DNA of 64,000 nucleotides from Alphaproteobacteria bacterium (GTDB lineage: Bacteria; Pseudomonadota; Alphaproteobacteria; CALKHQ01): assembly GCA_965227515.1 (NCBI GenBank), contig CBDDFZ010000001.1:2400001-2464000 (forward strand). The letters are read 5' to 3'. Below, in pieces: positions 1-9,420 of this stretch; position 1 is the stretch's first letter, and the number at the start of each line of letters is the position of its first letter. Both the position numbers and the translations under genes were made by a program. The notes under the pieces were generated by a model that saw only the letters and a program-made list of their open reading frames with translations, was not told the origin of the DNA and did not search any database.

Positions 1-589
1 CATCCAGGATCTGGTAGTACTCGTTGTAGGTCATGGTGGTGATGCAATCGACCTCGCCGTTCAGCAGCGGATCGACGTTGAAGCCCACCCGGATCACCTC
101 GACGTTGGCATCGTCGCCCTGGTAGCTGAGCCCCAGGTTGTTGATGAAGGCGAAGGTCGGGTACTCGTTGCCGAAGAACCAAGTGCCGATCTTGTGGCCG
201 GCCATGTCCTCGGGCGCCGCGATGCCGGTGGACGCCGGGCAGGTCAGCCCCAGGCCGGACCGGTTGTAGAACTGGGCGATGTTGACGATGGGCGTGCCCG
301 CCTCGCGGGTGGCCAGCGGGTTGCCCAGCCACTCCACCGTGGCGTCCGCGCCGCCGCCGATCAGCACCTGGATCGGGTTGATGTCGGGTCCGCCCGGGTT
401 GATGGTGACGTCCAGGCCCTCTTCCTCGTAGTAGCCGTTCTCCAGCGCGTAGTAGTAGCCGGCGAACTGCGCCTGGGTGACCCATTTGAGCTGCAGGGTG
501 AATTCGTCCAGTTCCTGCGCCTGGGCCGACGTGGCCAGGGCGATGGCCGTAACGGCGGCCGCGCCACCGAGCAATGCAAGTCTCGTCAT
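1..589 (-). CDS. ABC transporter substrate-binding protein, NMT1/THI5-like (runs off window start)
   Basis: Manual translation MTRLALLGGAAAVTAIALATSAQAQELDEFTLQLKWVTQAQFAGYYYALENGYYEEEGLDVTINPGGPDI; signal peptide; GGGGAG RBS; absent from the ORF track because it is truncated. Confidence 0.9.
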   Translation of the reverse strand, partial: MTRLALLGGAAAVTAIALATSAQAQELDEFTLQLKWVTQAQFAGYYYALENGYYEEEGLDVTINPGGPDINPIQVLIGGGADATVEWLGNPLATREAGTPIVNIAQFYNRSGLGLTCPASTGIAAPEDMAGHKIGTWFFGNEYPTFAFINNLGLSYQGDDANVEVIRVGFNVDPLLNGEVDCITTMTYNEYYQILD

Positions 590-623
590 GATCGTTCTCC
601 CCCGATCCGTGTGCGGGTTGTTT

Positions 624-639
624 TGCAGGCAGCGTGCCA
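624..639 (-). promoter_or_regulatory. Putative sigma54 (-24/-12) promoter for the SBP gene
   Basis: Minus strand TGGCACGCTGCCTGCA with GG-N10-GC spacing, ~35 bp upstream of the ATG. Confidence 0.6.
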
Positions 640-756
640 GATAGAGGACAACGGTCCGTCTGGCACTCCCGCGAACCCCGTTGCCGCCTGTCTTATGACA
701 ATTCGGCGAAGCTTGGAAGCGGGGCGGTCAGGAGTCGTCACCCGCGCCGGAACGGT

Positions 757-1038
757 CTATCGCCAAGGCTGCCTTTGTCTGCCGTGCACAATGGTGAGAA
801 CGCGCACCGTGTCGGCTTGGATCCGATAAATGGCGATGTAGGGCAGGCCAGCGATTACTAGCTCACGGGTGCCGGCTTGACGACCCGGGCGCCCGAGATT
901 GGGAAATGACGCCAATGTGCGTAGACGTTGGAGTATCTCCTCGATCACTCCGTCGGCCGCCTTTGGGTTGTATTCGGCGATGTAGGTGTGGATATGGGAG
1001 AGCCTGCTCTGGGCCCTGGCAGTAACCCTAACCTTCAA
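757..1038 (-). CDS. Type II TA toxin, RelE/ParE family
   Basis: 93 aa; motifs YIAEYNPKAA, LASFPNLGRPGR, GTRELVI, PYIAIYRI, VLTIVHGRQ. Confidence 0.9.
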   Translation of the reverse strand: MKVRVTARAQSRLSHIHTYIAEYNPKAADGVIEEILQRLRTLASFPNLGRPGRQAGTRELVIAGLPYIAIYRIQADTVRVLTIVHGRQRQPWR

Positions 1039-1216
1039 GTTTAAATTTCTTCAGCAATTCATCGACGCTGACATCGTCATCCGGGTTGGCATCGGCGTCG
1101 GCGATTGCGGCCCGGACCTCTGCGTCGCGCCATGCCAGGTAAGCCGGGTCCGTTGATTCCGGTTGATCCTCGGTTAGTTCCGCCAGTGTCAAACGCTTCT
1201 GCTTAGTATCGGCCAT
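1028..1216 (-). CDS. Putative antitoxin
   Basis: 62-aa acidic protein (YLAWRDAEVRAAIADADA) overlapping the toxin start. Confidence 0.75.
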   Translation of the reverse strand: MADTKQKRLTLAELTEDQPESTDPAYLAWRDAEVRAAIADADANPDDDVSVDELLKKFKLEG

Positions 1217-1259
1217 GGGAAGGAAGATAACAGGACGCGGGCCGTTTTCAACCGATGGA

Positions 1260-2414
1260 CTAGGGTCGCCGCATCGCCGGGTGCCAGAAGGTGAAGACCC
1301 GTTCCAGCAACGCCCACAGTCCGTAGAAGCACGAGCCGACGAGGGCGGCCATGGCGATGGTCGCCCAGACCATGTCGAGCTCCAGCCGGCCGATCCGCTC
1401 GATGATGCGAAAGCCCATGCCGCCCAGCGGCGAGCCGAAGAACTCGGCGACGATGGCGCCGATCATCGACAGGGTGGCGTTGATCTTCAGCGCGTTGAAG
1501 ATGAACGGCAGGGCGGTCGGCAGGCGCAGCTTCACCAGCCGCACCGCGTAGCTGGCGCCATAGGAGCGCATCAGGTCGTACTGCATGCGGTCGACGCTGT
1601 TCAGCCCGCTGATGGTGTTCACCAGCATCGGGAAGAAGGTCATCAGCACGACGACGGCGATTTTCGATTCCGGTCCGCTCTCGAACCACACGATCATGAT
1701 CGGCGCCACGCCGACGATGGGGATGGCGGCAAACGCGTTGCCCAGCGGCAGCAGGCCGCGCGCCAGGAACGGCACCGCGTCCACCGCCAGCGCGAACAGG
1801 AAGCCGGCGAGCGTGCCGATCAGGAAGCCGGGCAGCACCTCCTCAAGGAACGTGATGCCGAGGTCGCTGAAAAGAACGTCCGGGTTGGCCGCGATCTCGC
1901 TGCCGACCGACGATGGCGGCGGCAGCAGGGCGGCCGGCACGTTCAGGCCGACCACGATGACTTCCCAGGACCAGAGGAGGGCGACGCCGAAGAGCCCGGC
2001 GACGACGCCATAGCGGACCCAACGCGGATGGCGCGGCTGCGCCAGCAGGGCGAGCGCGCGCCAGGCGAGGATGGTGATGGACGCGACGAAGGCGGCGAGG
2101 CCCGCTCCGCCGGTGGCCTCGGGCGCATCGTGCAACAGCACCATGGCGCCGGCGCCGGCGCATATCAGCAGCGCCAGCGGCACCCAGGCGAGGTCGGGCA
2201 CCGTCGGCGGGCCTGCCTCCAGCCGGCGCCCGAGCCCGATCAGCACCACGAAGCCAATCGCCAGGCCGTCGGCGAACACGAACGCGGTCGTATTGTCGAA
2301 CCAGGTGATGCCGGCGCCGGTCTCCGCATCGTAGAGCACCGACACCGCGAACGCCGCCAATGCCAGCACGAGGCCGAGGATGTCCACGCCCAGCAGGAAC
2401 GGCCGCGCGGTCAC
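1260..2414 (-). CDS. ABC transporter permease (NitT/TauT family)
   Basis: GTG start overlapping upstream TGA; EAA-like loop DLMRSYGAS...KLRLPTALPFIF. Confidence 0.9.
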   Translation of the reverse strand: MTARPFLLGVDILGLVLALAAFAVSVLYDAETGAGITWFDNTTAFVFADGLAIGFVVLIGLGRRLEAGPPTVPDLAWVPLALLICAGAGAMVLLHDAPEATGGAGLAAFVASITILAWRALALLAQPRHPRWVRYGVVAGLFGVALLWSWEVIVVGLNVPAALLPPPSSVGSEIAANPDVLFSDLGITFLEEVLPGFLIGTLAGFLFALAVDAVPFLARGLLPLGNAFAAIPIVGVAPIMIVWFESGPESKIAVVVLMTFFPMLVNTISGLNSVDRMQYDLMRSYGASYAVRLVKLRLPTALPFIFNALKINATLSMIGAIVAEFFGSPLGGMGFRIIERIGRLELDMVWATIAMAALVGSCFYGLWALLERVFTFWHPAMRRP

Positions 2415-3352
2415 CGCGCCTGCGCCCCGGAGGCGCCACCGCGCTTCACGACCAGCCGCTCGGCCCAGCCGACCGCGGCGACCAGCACGATGGCCAGCAC
2501 CGACGAGGTGATCAGCACCGTCCACATGTGCACCATCAGGCCGTTGTAGGACGCGGTGAGCAGCCGGCCGCCGAGGCCGACCTGGCCGCCGGTGGAGAGC
2601 TCCGCCACCATGGTGCCGACCAGCCCGAGCGCGATCGCGATCTTCAGGCTGGTGAACAGGAACGGCACCGAGGCCGGGAACCTGAGCTTCCACAGCACCT
2701 GCGCACCGGTCGCGCTGTAGGTGCGCATAAGGTCCAGGTTCATGTGGTCGGGCGCGCGCAGCCCCTTCACCATGCCGACCGTGACCGGGAAGAAGCACAG
2801 GTACATGGCGATGATCGCCTTCGGAAACAGCCCGGTCAGGCCCATCGCCCCCAGCACCGTGATCAGCATCGGGGCGATGGCCAGGATCGGGATGGTCTGG
2901 GACGCGATCAGCCACGGCATCAGGCTGACGTCGAGCGTGCGCAGGCTGACGATGCCGACCGCGAGCGCTATGCCCAGGACCGCGCCCATGGCAAAGCCGA
3001 TCAGGGTCGCGGTGAAGGTCATGAACACGTGAAACAGCAGATTGCGCGGGTGGCTGACCTCGGCCACCGTGATCGCTTCGGCGAAGTCCGCGACGATGCG
3101 GTCGGGCACCGGCACGCTGGGCCGCCGCATGGTCCAGCTCGCCGCCATCCATTCGTCGGAGGTGACCGCATGGTCGGGGTTGCGCCGCGCCTCGAACGCT
3201 TCGAGCTGGGCGCCGTTCACGGGAAGTGCCACCAGGTACCAGAGCGCGATCAGGCCGGCGACCACGACCAGGGCGGGGCCGAAGCGCTGCCACAGCGCGG
3301 CGGCAAGGCCGTCGTGCGCCCCGGCTCCTGAGACGGCGGCGTCAGTCGTCAT
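2411..3352 (-). CDS. ABC transporter permease (NitT/TauT family)
   Basis: SQTIPILAIAP and DLMRTYSAT...KLRFPASVP motifs. Confidence 0.9.
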   Translation of the reverse strand: MTTDAAVSGAGAHDGLAAALWQRFGPALVVVAGLIALWYLVALPVNGAQLEAFEARRNPDHAVTSDEWMAASWTMRRPSVPVPDRIVADFAEAITVAEVSHPRNLLFHVFMTFTATLIGFAMGAVLGIALAVGIVSLRTLDVSLMPWLIASQTIPILAIAPMLITVLGAMGLTGLFPKAIIAMYLCFFPVTVGMVKGLRAPDHMNLDLMRTYSATGAQVLWKLRFPASVPFLFTSLKIAIALGLVGTMVAELSTGGQVGLGGRLLTASYNGLMVHMWTVLITSSVLAIVLVAAVGWAERLVVKRGGASGAQAR

Positions 3353-4136
3353 ATGAGTGGCTCTCGTGCAGCGCCTTGCGCACCCGTGCTGCCACTTCAA
3401 GGAACCGCGGGTCGTCGCGGATCGTCAGGTCGCGCTCGGCCGGCAGGTCGCAGTCGATCTCGGCGACGATGCGGCCGGGGCGCCGGCTCATCACCACGAT
3501 CCTGGTCGAGAGGTAGACCGCCTCGGAGATCGAGTGGGTCACGAAGACCACGGTCTTTTTCGTCGCCGCCCAGATGCGCAGCAGCTCGTCGTTCAGATGA
3601 TCGCGGGTGATCTCGTCCAAAGCGCCGAATGGCTCGTCCATCAGCAGCACGTCCGGCTCGAACGACAGCGCGCGGGCGATCGAGACCCGCTGCTGCATGC
3701 CGCCGGAAAGCTGCCACGGGTACTTGTCGGCGAAACCGTCCAGCCCGACCTTGGCCAGGTACTCCCGCGCCCGCGCGCGACGCTCGCCGCCGGCCCTGCC
3801 CATCACTTCCAGCGGCAGCATCACGTTGCGCGCCACCGTGCGCCAGGGTTGCAGCGTCGGCGCCTGGAAGACGTAGCCATAGGCGCGGTTCAGCCTTGCC
3901 TGGTGCGGCGTCTGCCCGAACAGCAGTGCTGCGCCGCCAGTCGGCTGCTCAAGGTCGGCGATTACCCGCAACAGTGTGGTCTTGCCGCAGCCCGACGGGC
4001 CGATCAGCGAGACGAAGCTGCCGCGTGGGATGGTGAGGTTGATGTCCGACAACGCGTGCACTGCCTGGTCGCCGGCATCGAACACCAGCGACAGGCCGCG
4101 GGCCGTGATGGCCTCGCTCGGCAACGTGTCGGTCAC
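3342..4136 (-). CDS. ABC transporter ATP-binding protein
   Basis: Walker A GPSGCGKT, LSGGMQQR signature, LLMDEPF. Confidence 0.95.
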   Translation of the reverse strand: MTDTLPSEAITARGLSLVFDAGDQAVHALSDINLTIPRGSFVSLIGPSGCGKTTLLRVIADLEQPTGGAALLFGQTPHQARLNRAYGYVFQAPTLQPWRTVARNVMLPLEVMGRAGGERRARAREYLAKVGLDGFADKYPWQLSGGMQQRVSIARALSFEPDVLLMDEPFGALDEITRDHLNDELLRIWAATKKTVVFVTHSISEAVYLSTRIVVMSRRPGRIVAEIDCDLPAERDLTIRDDPRFLEVAARVRKALHESHSYDD

Positions 4137-4157
4137 GCTTCGATCACTTTCAGGGGG

Positions 4158-4343
4158 TCAGTGCCCCGCCGACGCAGCCTTGTCGCCATTGGCGCTCAGC
4201 ACGAACCGGCGGCCGCAATAGGGGCAGTCGATCGCCGTCTTGGCGCCCATCTCCAGATAGACAAGCGGGTGGCCCAGCGGCCCGTTGCCGCCGTCGCAAC
4301 TGACGTGCGGCGTGTCGACGGAAACGATTTCAGGCGGTTCCAT
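4158..4343 (-). CDS. zf-CHCC zinc-finger protein (NDUFS6-like)
   Basis: CDGG...GHP.VY...CPYCG motif. Confidence 0.9.
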   Translation of the reverse strand: MEPPEIVSVDTPHVSCDGGNGPLGHPLVYLEMGAKTAIDCPYCGRRFVLSANGDKAASAGH

Positions 4344-4629
4344 GATGGCGGATCATCGCTCTTTCGGTGCGGGCGCCGGCCAGGCCGGAGAGCCCGAAGG
4401 CTTGGACTTTGGATCGGCCATGCATAGTCAGAACCGGCGCCGGTTGGCAAGCGTGCGATCCACGCCCGGGGCCCCGGAATGTCGACAGCCTACCCGCGCC
4501 CTGTCATAACTTGTGGCGCGCGTGGCCCAAGCGGCCGCGATCCGCGCAATCCGGCCCGGCGATCCATGCCGACGTTCCATGTGGGCGTTCCATGCGGGCG
4601 TAGCGGGCCGTCCCAGGGGGAGGGTATTC

Positions 4630-5067
4630 ATGATTGCGAAGCATTGGATGGGCGCGGCGGCCGGTCTGTTGGCCGCGATCGGCGGTTTGACCACAGCCGC
4701 CACAGCCGACGACGCCAGGGTCGTCGTTCCGGCGGGCGACCGCGAGTGGATTTCGCTCGGCGACGGGCCGGTGCAGTTCTCCCCGGTTTGGGGGGATATG
4801 CAGGGTGCCGAGCATGCTTTCATGGTGCGTGTTCCTGCGGGCGCGGAACTCGGGGCACATATCCACAGCGCCGACTATCATGGCGTCGTGCTGCAGGGGC
4901 TCTGGGTCCATACCTTCGGTGACGGCACCGTGGCCAATCTGCCAGCCGGGTCCTACATCATGCAGCCGGCGGGCGAGGTGCATCAGAACAGCTGCGCCGG
5001 TACCGAGGAATGCATGGTGCTGCTCCATCAGCACGCGCCCTGGGACTTCGGCCCACCGCCGGAGTAG
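4630..5067 (+). CDS. Secreted cupin-domain protein (DUF4437-like)
   Basis: Signal peptide; HIHSADYHGVVLQG and GSYIMQPAGEVH cupin motifs. Confidence 0.8.
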   Translation: MIAKHWMGAAAGLLAAIGGLTTAATADDARVVVPAGDREWISLGDGPVQFSPVWGDMQGAEHAFMVRVPAGAELGAHIHSADYHGVVLQGLWVHTFGDGTVANLPAGSYIMQPAGEVHQNSCAGTEECMVLLHQHAPWDFGPPPE

Positions 5068-5088
5068 GGACGGCGAGACATCAATCTC

Positions 5089-5197
5089 CGTCGTCGCCCT
5101 CGCGCTTGTCGCGAGGGCCCATTTGCGGGGCACACCGGCGCGTAGCCTGGGTGAAGTGCAGCGAAACCCGGGTTCCACTTCGTTCCATCCAGGCTAC
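5089..5197. repeat. CGTC-type REP (5089-5122) plus GTAG-type REP doublet (5142-5197)
   Basis: CGTCGTCGCCCTCGCG..CGCGAGGGC hairpin; GTAGCCTGGGTGAA...CATCCAGGCTAC; lies between convergent genes. Confidence 0.75.
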
Positions 5198-5220
5198 AAA
5201 CTTGGAACGATACGCTCGGC

Positions 5221-6873
5221 CTACGCGACTGCGCGCGGGGTCTCCGGCGTGCGGCGCAGGGAATGGCCAGGCATGTAGTCGGGGGCCGGCGCGCCCATCA
5301 GGTCCAGGATCGTCGGCGTCAGGTCCAACACGTGTCCGCTCGGCTCGAAACTGTCCGCATCGATGCCGGGGCCGGCCGCGATCATGAAGCCTTGCGGCAC
5401 ATGGCCGCCAGAGCGCGAGAACGGGATCGGCCCCATCCGCCCGCACGTCGGGCTGTCCACGATGTCGGCCGGGAAGGGGCGCCAGTTCACCACGATGTCG
5501 GCGTCCGGCCGCAGCGGGTCGGTATCGTCCGGACCGCTGCGCATCCGGGTGATCCGCGCCACGATCGGCTCGCCGGTGCGCGCGTCGCGCAGCCCGTTGA
5601 GCAGGTCCTCGATCTCGTCGCAGGTCTTGTCGTAGTCGGCGCGGGCGACGATGCCGTTCGGCTCGCGCCCTTCCAGGTTCAGGCGGACATAGCCGTCGGA
5701 ATATGACGGCAGGGCGAATGCCTTCATCTTCGGCCAATGGTCGGAGTACCACATCGCCGGCTGGAACCACGGGTGGTAGTTCTTCAGGTAGCCGAAACCC
5801 TCCGGCGCGCCGAGCAGCTTCTCCATCAGGTTGCCGACTTCGACCGGCAGGCGACGGCGCAGCCACGCCCGCAACTTGTTGCGGTCGTGCTTCAGGCTAT
5901 AGACCTTGCGCGCCCAGCCGAAGCTCCACGGATGCGTGATCGGCCGCGCCGGCGGGCGGTTGTCGCCCGGAGGCCCACCCTGCAGCGCCTGCTGGCCCGG
6001 CATGCTCCAGCGATAGAGCAACTCGGGCAGGAAGATCGTGCTGGGGCCGTCCAGGTTGTTCGGCACCATCCCTTCCTGGCTGAAGACGACGTAGGTGGCA
6101 TCTTCCGGCGCGGCGGCGATCATCTCGCCGATCGCCTTGTCGACCGCCTGGGCCACTTCGGCCATCGGCTCGCGGCCACCCATCGACTTGCCGAACGGCT
6201 GGTTCAGCGGATGGTCCTCGCGCGTCAGGTGCAGCAGGTAGTGGCCGCCGGAGTGGAACTCGGAGAAGATGACGAGGAACAGGTCCCAGTCCTGTTCGCC
6301 GATCAGGTCGGCGCAGATCGCGCCGCGCCGCTTGGCCCCGGTGGTCAGCCAGTCCGTCAGCTTGGTCATCGACCCGCCGCGCCACAGCCGCGCCTTGTCG
6401 CGGTCGAACGCCGGGTGCGGGCCGTGCTTCTCGGTCAGCTTCGCCAGCAATTCCGGCGGCGAGGAGCGTTGCGGCGTGTAGGCGGAATGCGCGCCATAGG
6501 CCTGGATCTGGATGCCGTTGACCTTGTCCGACAGGCCGGAGTGCGGAATGTCCACCGCCGCCACCTTGAAGTCGGGCCCCAGGGCGTAGAACGGCGGATA
6601 GGCGTCGTAGGGATAGCCGCCGACCTCGTCGACGCGGTAGCTGCCATCGGCGAGGCGCAATTGCGACCAGAAGCCGCTTTGCTCGGGCGGCACGCCGGTC
6701 AGGAACGTCGTCCAGCCGGCCTCCGCGACGCCGAACGACACATTGACCAGGTCGCTGCTCGCGCCGCGCGCCTTCAGCGCGGCCAGATTGGGCATCAGAC
6801 CCTGGTCGAGCCAGCGGGCACATAATTCTCGGTCTGCGGAATCGAGACCGATCGCGATCACCGGGGCTGCCAC
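5221..6873 (-). CDS. Alkaline phosphatase superfamily protein (type I phosphodiesterase/nucleotide pyrophosphatase-like)
   Basis: VIAIGLDSAD, MPNLAAL, WTTFLTG, H.GGH, VLDLTPTILDL motifs; GTG start inferred. Confidence 0.85.
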   Translation of the reverse strand: MAAPVIAIGLDSADRELCARWLDQGLMPNLAALKARGASSDLVNVSFGVAEAGWTTFLTGVPPEQSGFWSQLRLADGSYRVDEVGGYPYDAYPPFYALGPDFKVAAVDIPHSGLSDKVNGIQIQAYGAHSAYTPQRSSPPELLAKLTEKHGPHPAFDRDKARLWRGGSMTKLTDWLTTGAKRRGAICADLIGEQDWDLFLVIFSEFHSGGHYLLHLTREDHPLNQPFGKSMGGREPMAEVAQAVDKAIGEMIAAAPEDATYVVFSQEGMVPNNLDGPSTIFLPELLYRWSMPGQQALQGGPPGDNRPPARPITHPWSFGWARKVYSLKHDRNKLRAWLRRRLPVEVGNLMEKLLGAPEGFGYLKNYHPWFQPAMWYSDHWPKMKAFALPSYSDGYVRLNLEGREPNGIVARADYDKTCDEIEDLLNGLRDARTGEPIVARITRMRSGPDDTDPLRPDADIVVNWRPFPADIVDSPTCGRMGPIPFSRSGGHVPQGFMIAAGPGIDADSFEPSGHVLDLTPTILDLMGAPAPDYMPGHSLRRTPETPRAVA

Positions 6874-6911
6874 GATGTTCCTGCCTTTCCGTACCTGGCC
6901 GAACGCGGAGC

Positions 6912-8033
6912 CTACTCCGCGGCAAACAGCGGGTAGTGCACCTGCGAGTCGGCGGGTGAAAGCGCCTCTTCGGCGGCTTGCCAGCCGTCGGGCGGGTCGC
7001 GCCGGGCCTTCAGGGCGGCGCGCGCCCGTGACCAGCCGAACACATAACCCGCGCCCATGGTGCGGACATATCGCCACGCCACGGCAAAGGCGCCGGCAAA
7101 CTGGCGTGCGTCGGGCCTCTCGTGGTCGTCGACCTTCACGATGCGGCCGCGGGCGCCGAAGCCGATGCGCCGCGCCTTGTTGGCGACACGGCAGACGTGG
7201 GCCGGGTGCAGCGCGAACGCCAGGTCGAGCAGCGGCAGGGCCGCGATGCGCCACCAGGCGTAGTTCTTCAAGACGAAGTAGATGCGGCTCTGGCCCGGCA
7301 CCTTGGTTTCGATCCGCCGCTCCAGTCCGGAGAAATAGTGGATCAGCGGCGCCTTGCCGACGACCGCGAGGCGCTTGCCCGAGGCGCGCAGGCGATAGGC
7401 GAAGTCGGTGTCTTCCCAGCCGCGCACATAATTGGTGTCGAAACCGCCGAGATCGGCGAATTCCTTGCGGCGCACGAACATGTTGGAGCCGGTGAGGGTG
7501 GTGGCCGGCGCCTGCTCGTAGGACGGCAGGTCGAGCATGTAGGTGCCCATCACCATGCCGTTGGCGAACAGCGCCATCCGCTTGACGCCCAGGGTCTCGC
7601 CCGCCTCGTCGATCACCGCCTCGCCGCCCAGGCCGCCCAGGTTGGCATCGGCCTCCATTTCGGCCACCAACCGGTCAATGGCGTCGGGATCGGTCACTTC
7701 GGCATCGTCATCGATGAACCAAAGATAATGACCCGAACTCATTCGGGCGCCTATATTGCGACCGCCGCCGCAACCGTGATTCTTTGGGGAGCGAAACAAC
7801 CGAACGTCCGAGAACTCGGACTCGACCATGTCGGCGCTGCCGTCGACACTGCCATTGTCGATGACGATCGTCTCTACATCAGGGTATGTTTGGCGCGCGA
7901 CAGACGTCAGGCACCGGCGCAGGTCCTCGCGCCGGTTCATGGTAACGACAATAACTGACACGCATGGGCGGGACATGCTTAACCCTTGCTTTAGCCTATT
8001 CCCATCAGATGCAGGCACGGCAAAGTCGGTCAC
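6912..8033 (-). CDS. Glycosyltransferase family 2
   Basis: VSVIVVTMNR, VIDNGSVDGS, FIDDD, GGFD...EDTD; start may be 7977. Confidence 0.9.
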   Translation of the reverse strand: MTDFAVPASDGNRLKQGLSMSRPCVSVIVVTMNRREDLRRCLTSVARQTYPDVETIVIDNGSVDGSADMVESEFSDVRLFRSPKNHGCGGGRNIGARMSSGHYLWFIDDDAEVTDPDAIDRLVAEMEADANLGGLGGEAVIDEAGETLGVKRMALFANGMVMGTYMLDLPSYEQAPATTLTGSNMFVRRKEFADLGGFDTNYVRGWEDTDFAYRLRASGKRLAVVGKAPLIHYFSGLERRIETKVPGQSRIYFVLKNYAWWRIAALPLLDLAFALHPAHVCRVANKARRIGFGARGRIVKVDDHERPDARQFAGAFAVAWRYVRTMGAGYVFGWSRARAALKARRDPPDGWQAAEEALSPADSQVHYPLFAAE

Positions 8034-8091
8034 ATAGGATGTCCATGGTCACACCCAATATGGCGTCTAAACTGCGCGTAACCAAGCGGTA

Positions 8092-9297
8092 ATGCGCGTC
8101 CTGCATGTAATCGCCTCTCTCGCGAGACACATGGGCGGACCGACCCATTCGTGCATCGGCATGGCCGAGGCCGTGGCCGCGCGCGGGCACGATGTCAGGA
8201 TCTGTACCACCGACCTCGCGCCGGCCTCCGCGGACGGGCCTGTGCCCATCGACCAACCGGTCAAGCGCAATGGCGTCACCTACTACTACTACCATTGGCC
8301 GTCCTTCACGTTCATGGCCTACGCGCCCGGCATGATTGCGGCGCTGCCGCGTCTTGTTGGCGACGTCGATGCCGTTCACATCCATTCGCTCTACCTTGCC
8401 CATTGCTGGGCCACGGCGCGCACTGCCCGTGCGCAAGGCGTGCCGTATCTGGTTCGACCTCATGGAACGCTCGATCCCTACATCTACCAGCGCCGAAGGT
8501 TTCGAAAATCCATCGTAGAGGCGCTGTTTCAAAATCGCGTTAATCGCCATGCGGCGGCGATGCATTACACCACCGAGGAGGAGATGCGGCTGGCGTCGCC
8601 CTATGTCCCGGGCACGCCGGGCGTGGTGGTGCCGCTGGGCCTCGATCCCGCGCGATACGCCTCGCCGCCGCTGAACGTCAGCCTGCGCAGCCGGTGGCCG
8701 GAGATCGGAAATCGCCCGATCCTGCTGTTTTACAGCCGCCTGAATTTCAAGAAGGGGCTGGATATCCTGATCCAGGCCTTTGCGCGCACGCTGGCCGCCG
8801 GGCACGACTGGCATCTGGTGCTGGCGGGGCCGGACCACGGCATGGAGGAAAAGGTGCGCGGTTGGGTCGCGGAAGCCGGCTTGGGCGAGCGCACCACGTT
8901 CACCGGCATGCTGGAGGGCGACATCGCGCTCGCAGCCTTGCACGAGGCTGACCTGTTCATCCTGCCGTCTCTGTCGGAGAATTTCGGCGTGTCGGTGATC
9001 GAGGCGATGGCGTGCGGCACGCCGGTGCTGATCTCCGACCGGGTCAACATCTGGCGCGAAGCCCAGGCCGACGGTGCGGCCATGGTGGCGCCGCCAACGG
9101 TTGACGATACCGAGAAGATGATGGTCGCGGCCATGACCGATCCCGCCGCGCGCGCGGCGATGGGCGAGGCCGGCCGCGCGTCGGTCAGCCGCCGCTACAC
9201 ATGGTCGAAAGTCGGCGCGAAACTTGAGAGCGTCTACGAGGAGATCATCGGCGGCCGCGCGGCCGACCCGGACTCGGTGGCCGCCGCCGTTTCCTAG
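8092..9297 (+). CDS. Glycosyltransferase family 4
   Basis: MRVLHVI, SRL...KGLD, PSLSENFGVSVIEAMACG. Confidence 0.95.
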   Translation: MRVLHVIASLARHMGGPTHSCIGMAEAVAARGHDVRICTTDLAPASADGPVPIDQPVKRNGVTYYYYHWPSFTFMAYAPGMIAALPRLVGDVDAVHIHSLYLAHCWATARTARAQGVPYLVRPHGTLDPYIYQRRRFRKSIVEALFQNRVNRHAAAMHYTTEEEMRLASPYVPGTPGVVVPLGLDPARYASPPLNVSLRSRWPEIGNRPILLFYSRLNFKKGLDILIQAFARTLAAGHDWHLVLAGPDHGMEEKVRGWVAEAGLGERTTFTGMLEGDIALAALHEADLFILPSLSENFGVSVIEAMACGTPVLISDRVNIWREAQADGAAMVAPPTVDDTEKMMVAAMTDPAARAAMGEAGRASVSRRYTWSKVGAKLESVYEEIIGGRAADPDSVAAAVS

Positions 9298-9420
9298 CCT
9301 TTGCTGAGAACGCGCCGGTTCAAGGCGCGATTGCCCCGACATATCGCGATGCACGACATTCTCCTCCGCTGCTTGCCGTAAGTCGCGGCTGCGGAAGCGA
9401 AAGTTCATGGCGCCGGAAAA

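Noticed and set aside
1260-3293. 677-aa single ORF
   Set aside because: The N-terminal part is an off-frame read of the upstream permease; the real start is GTG at 2414
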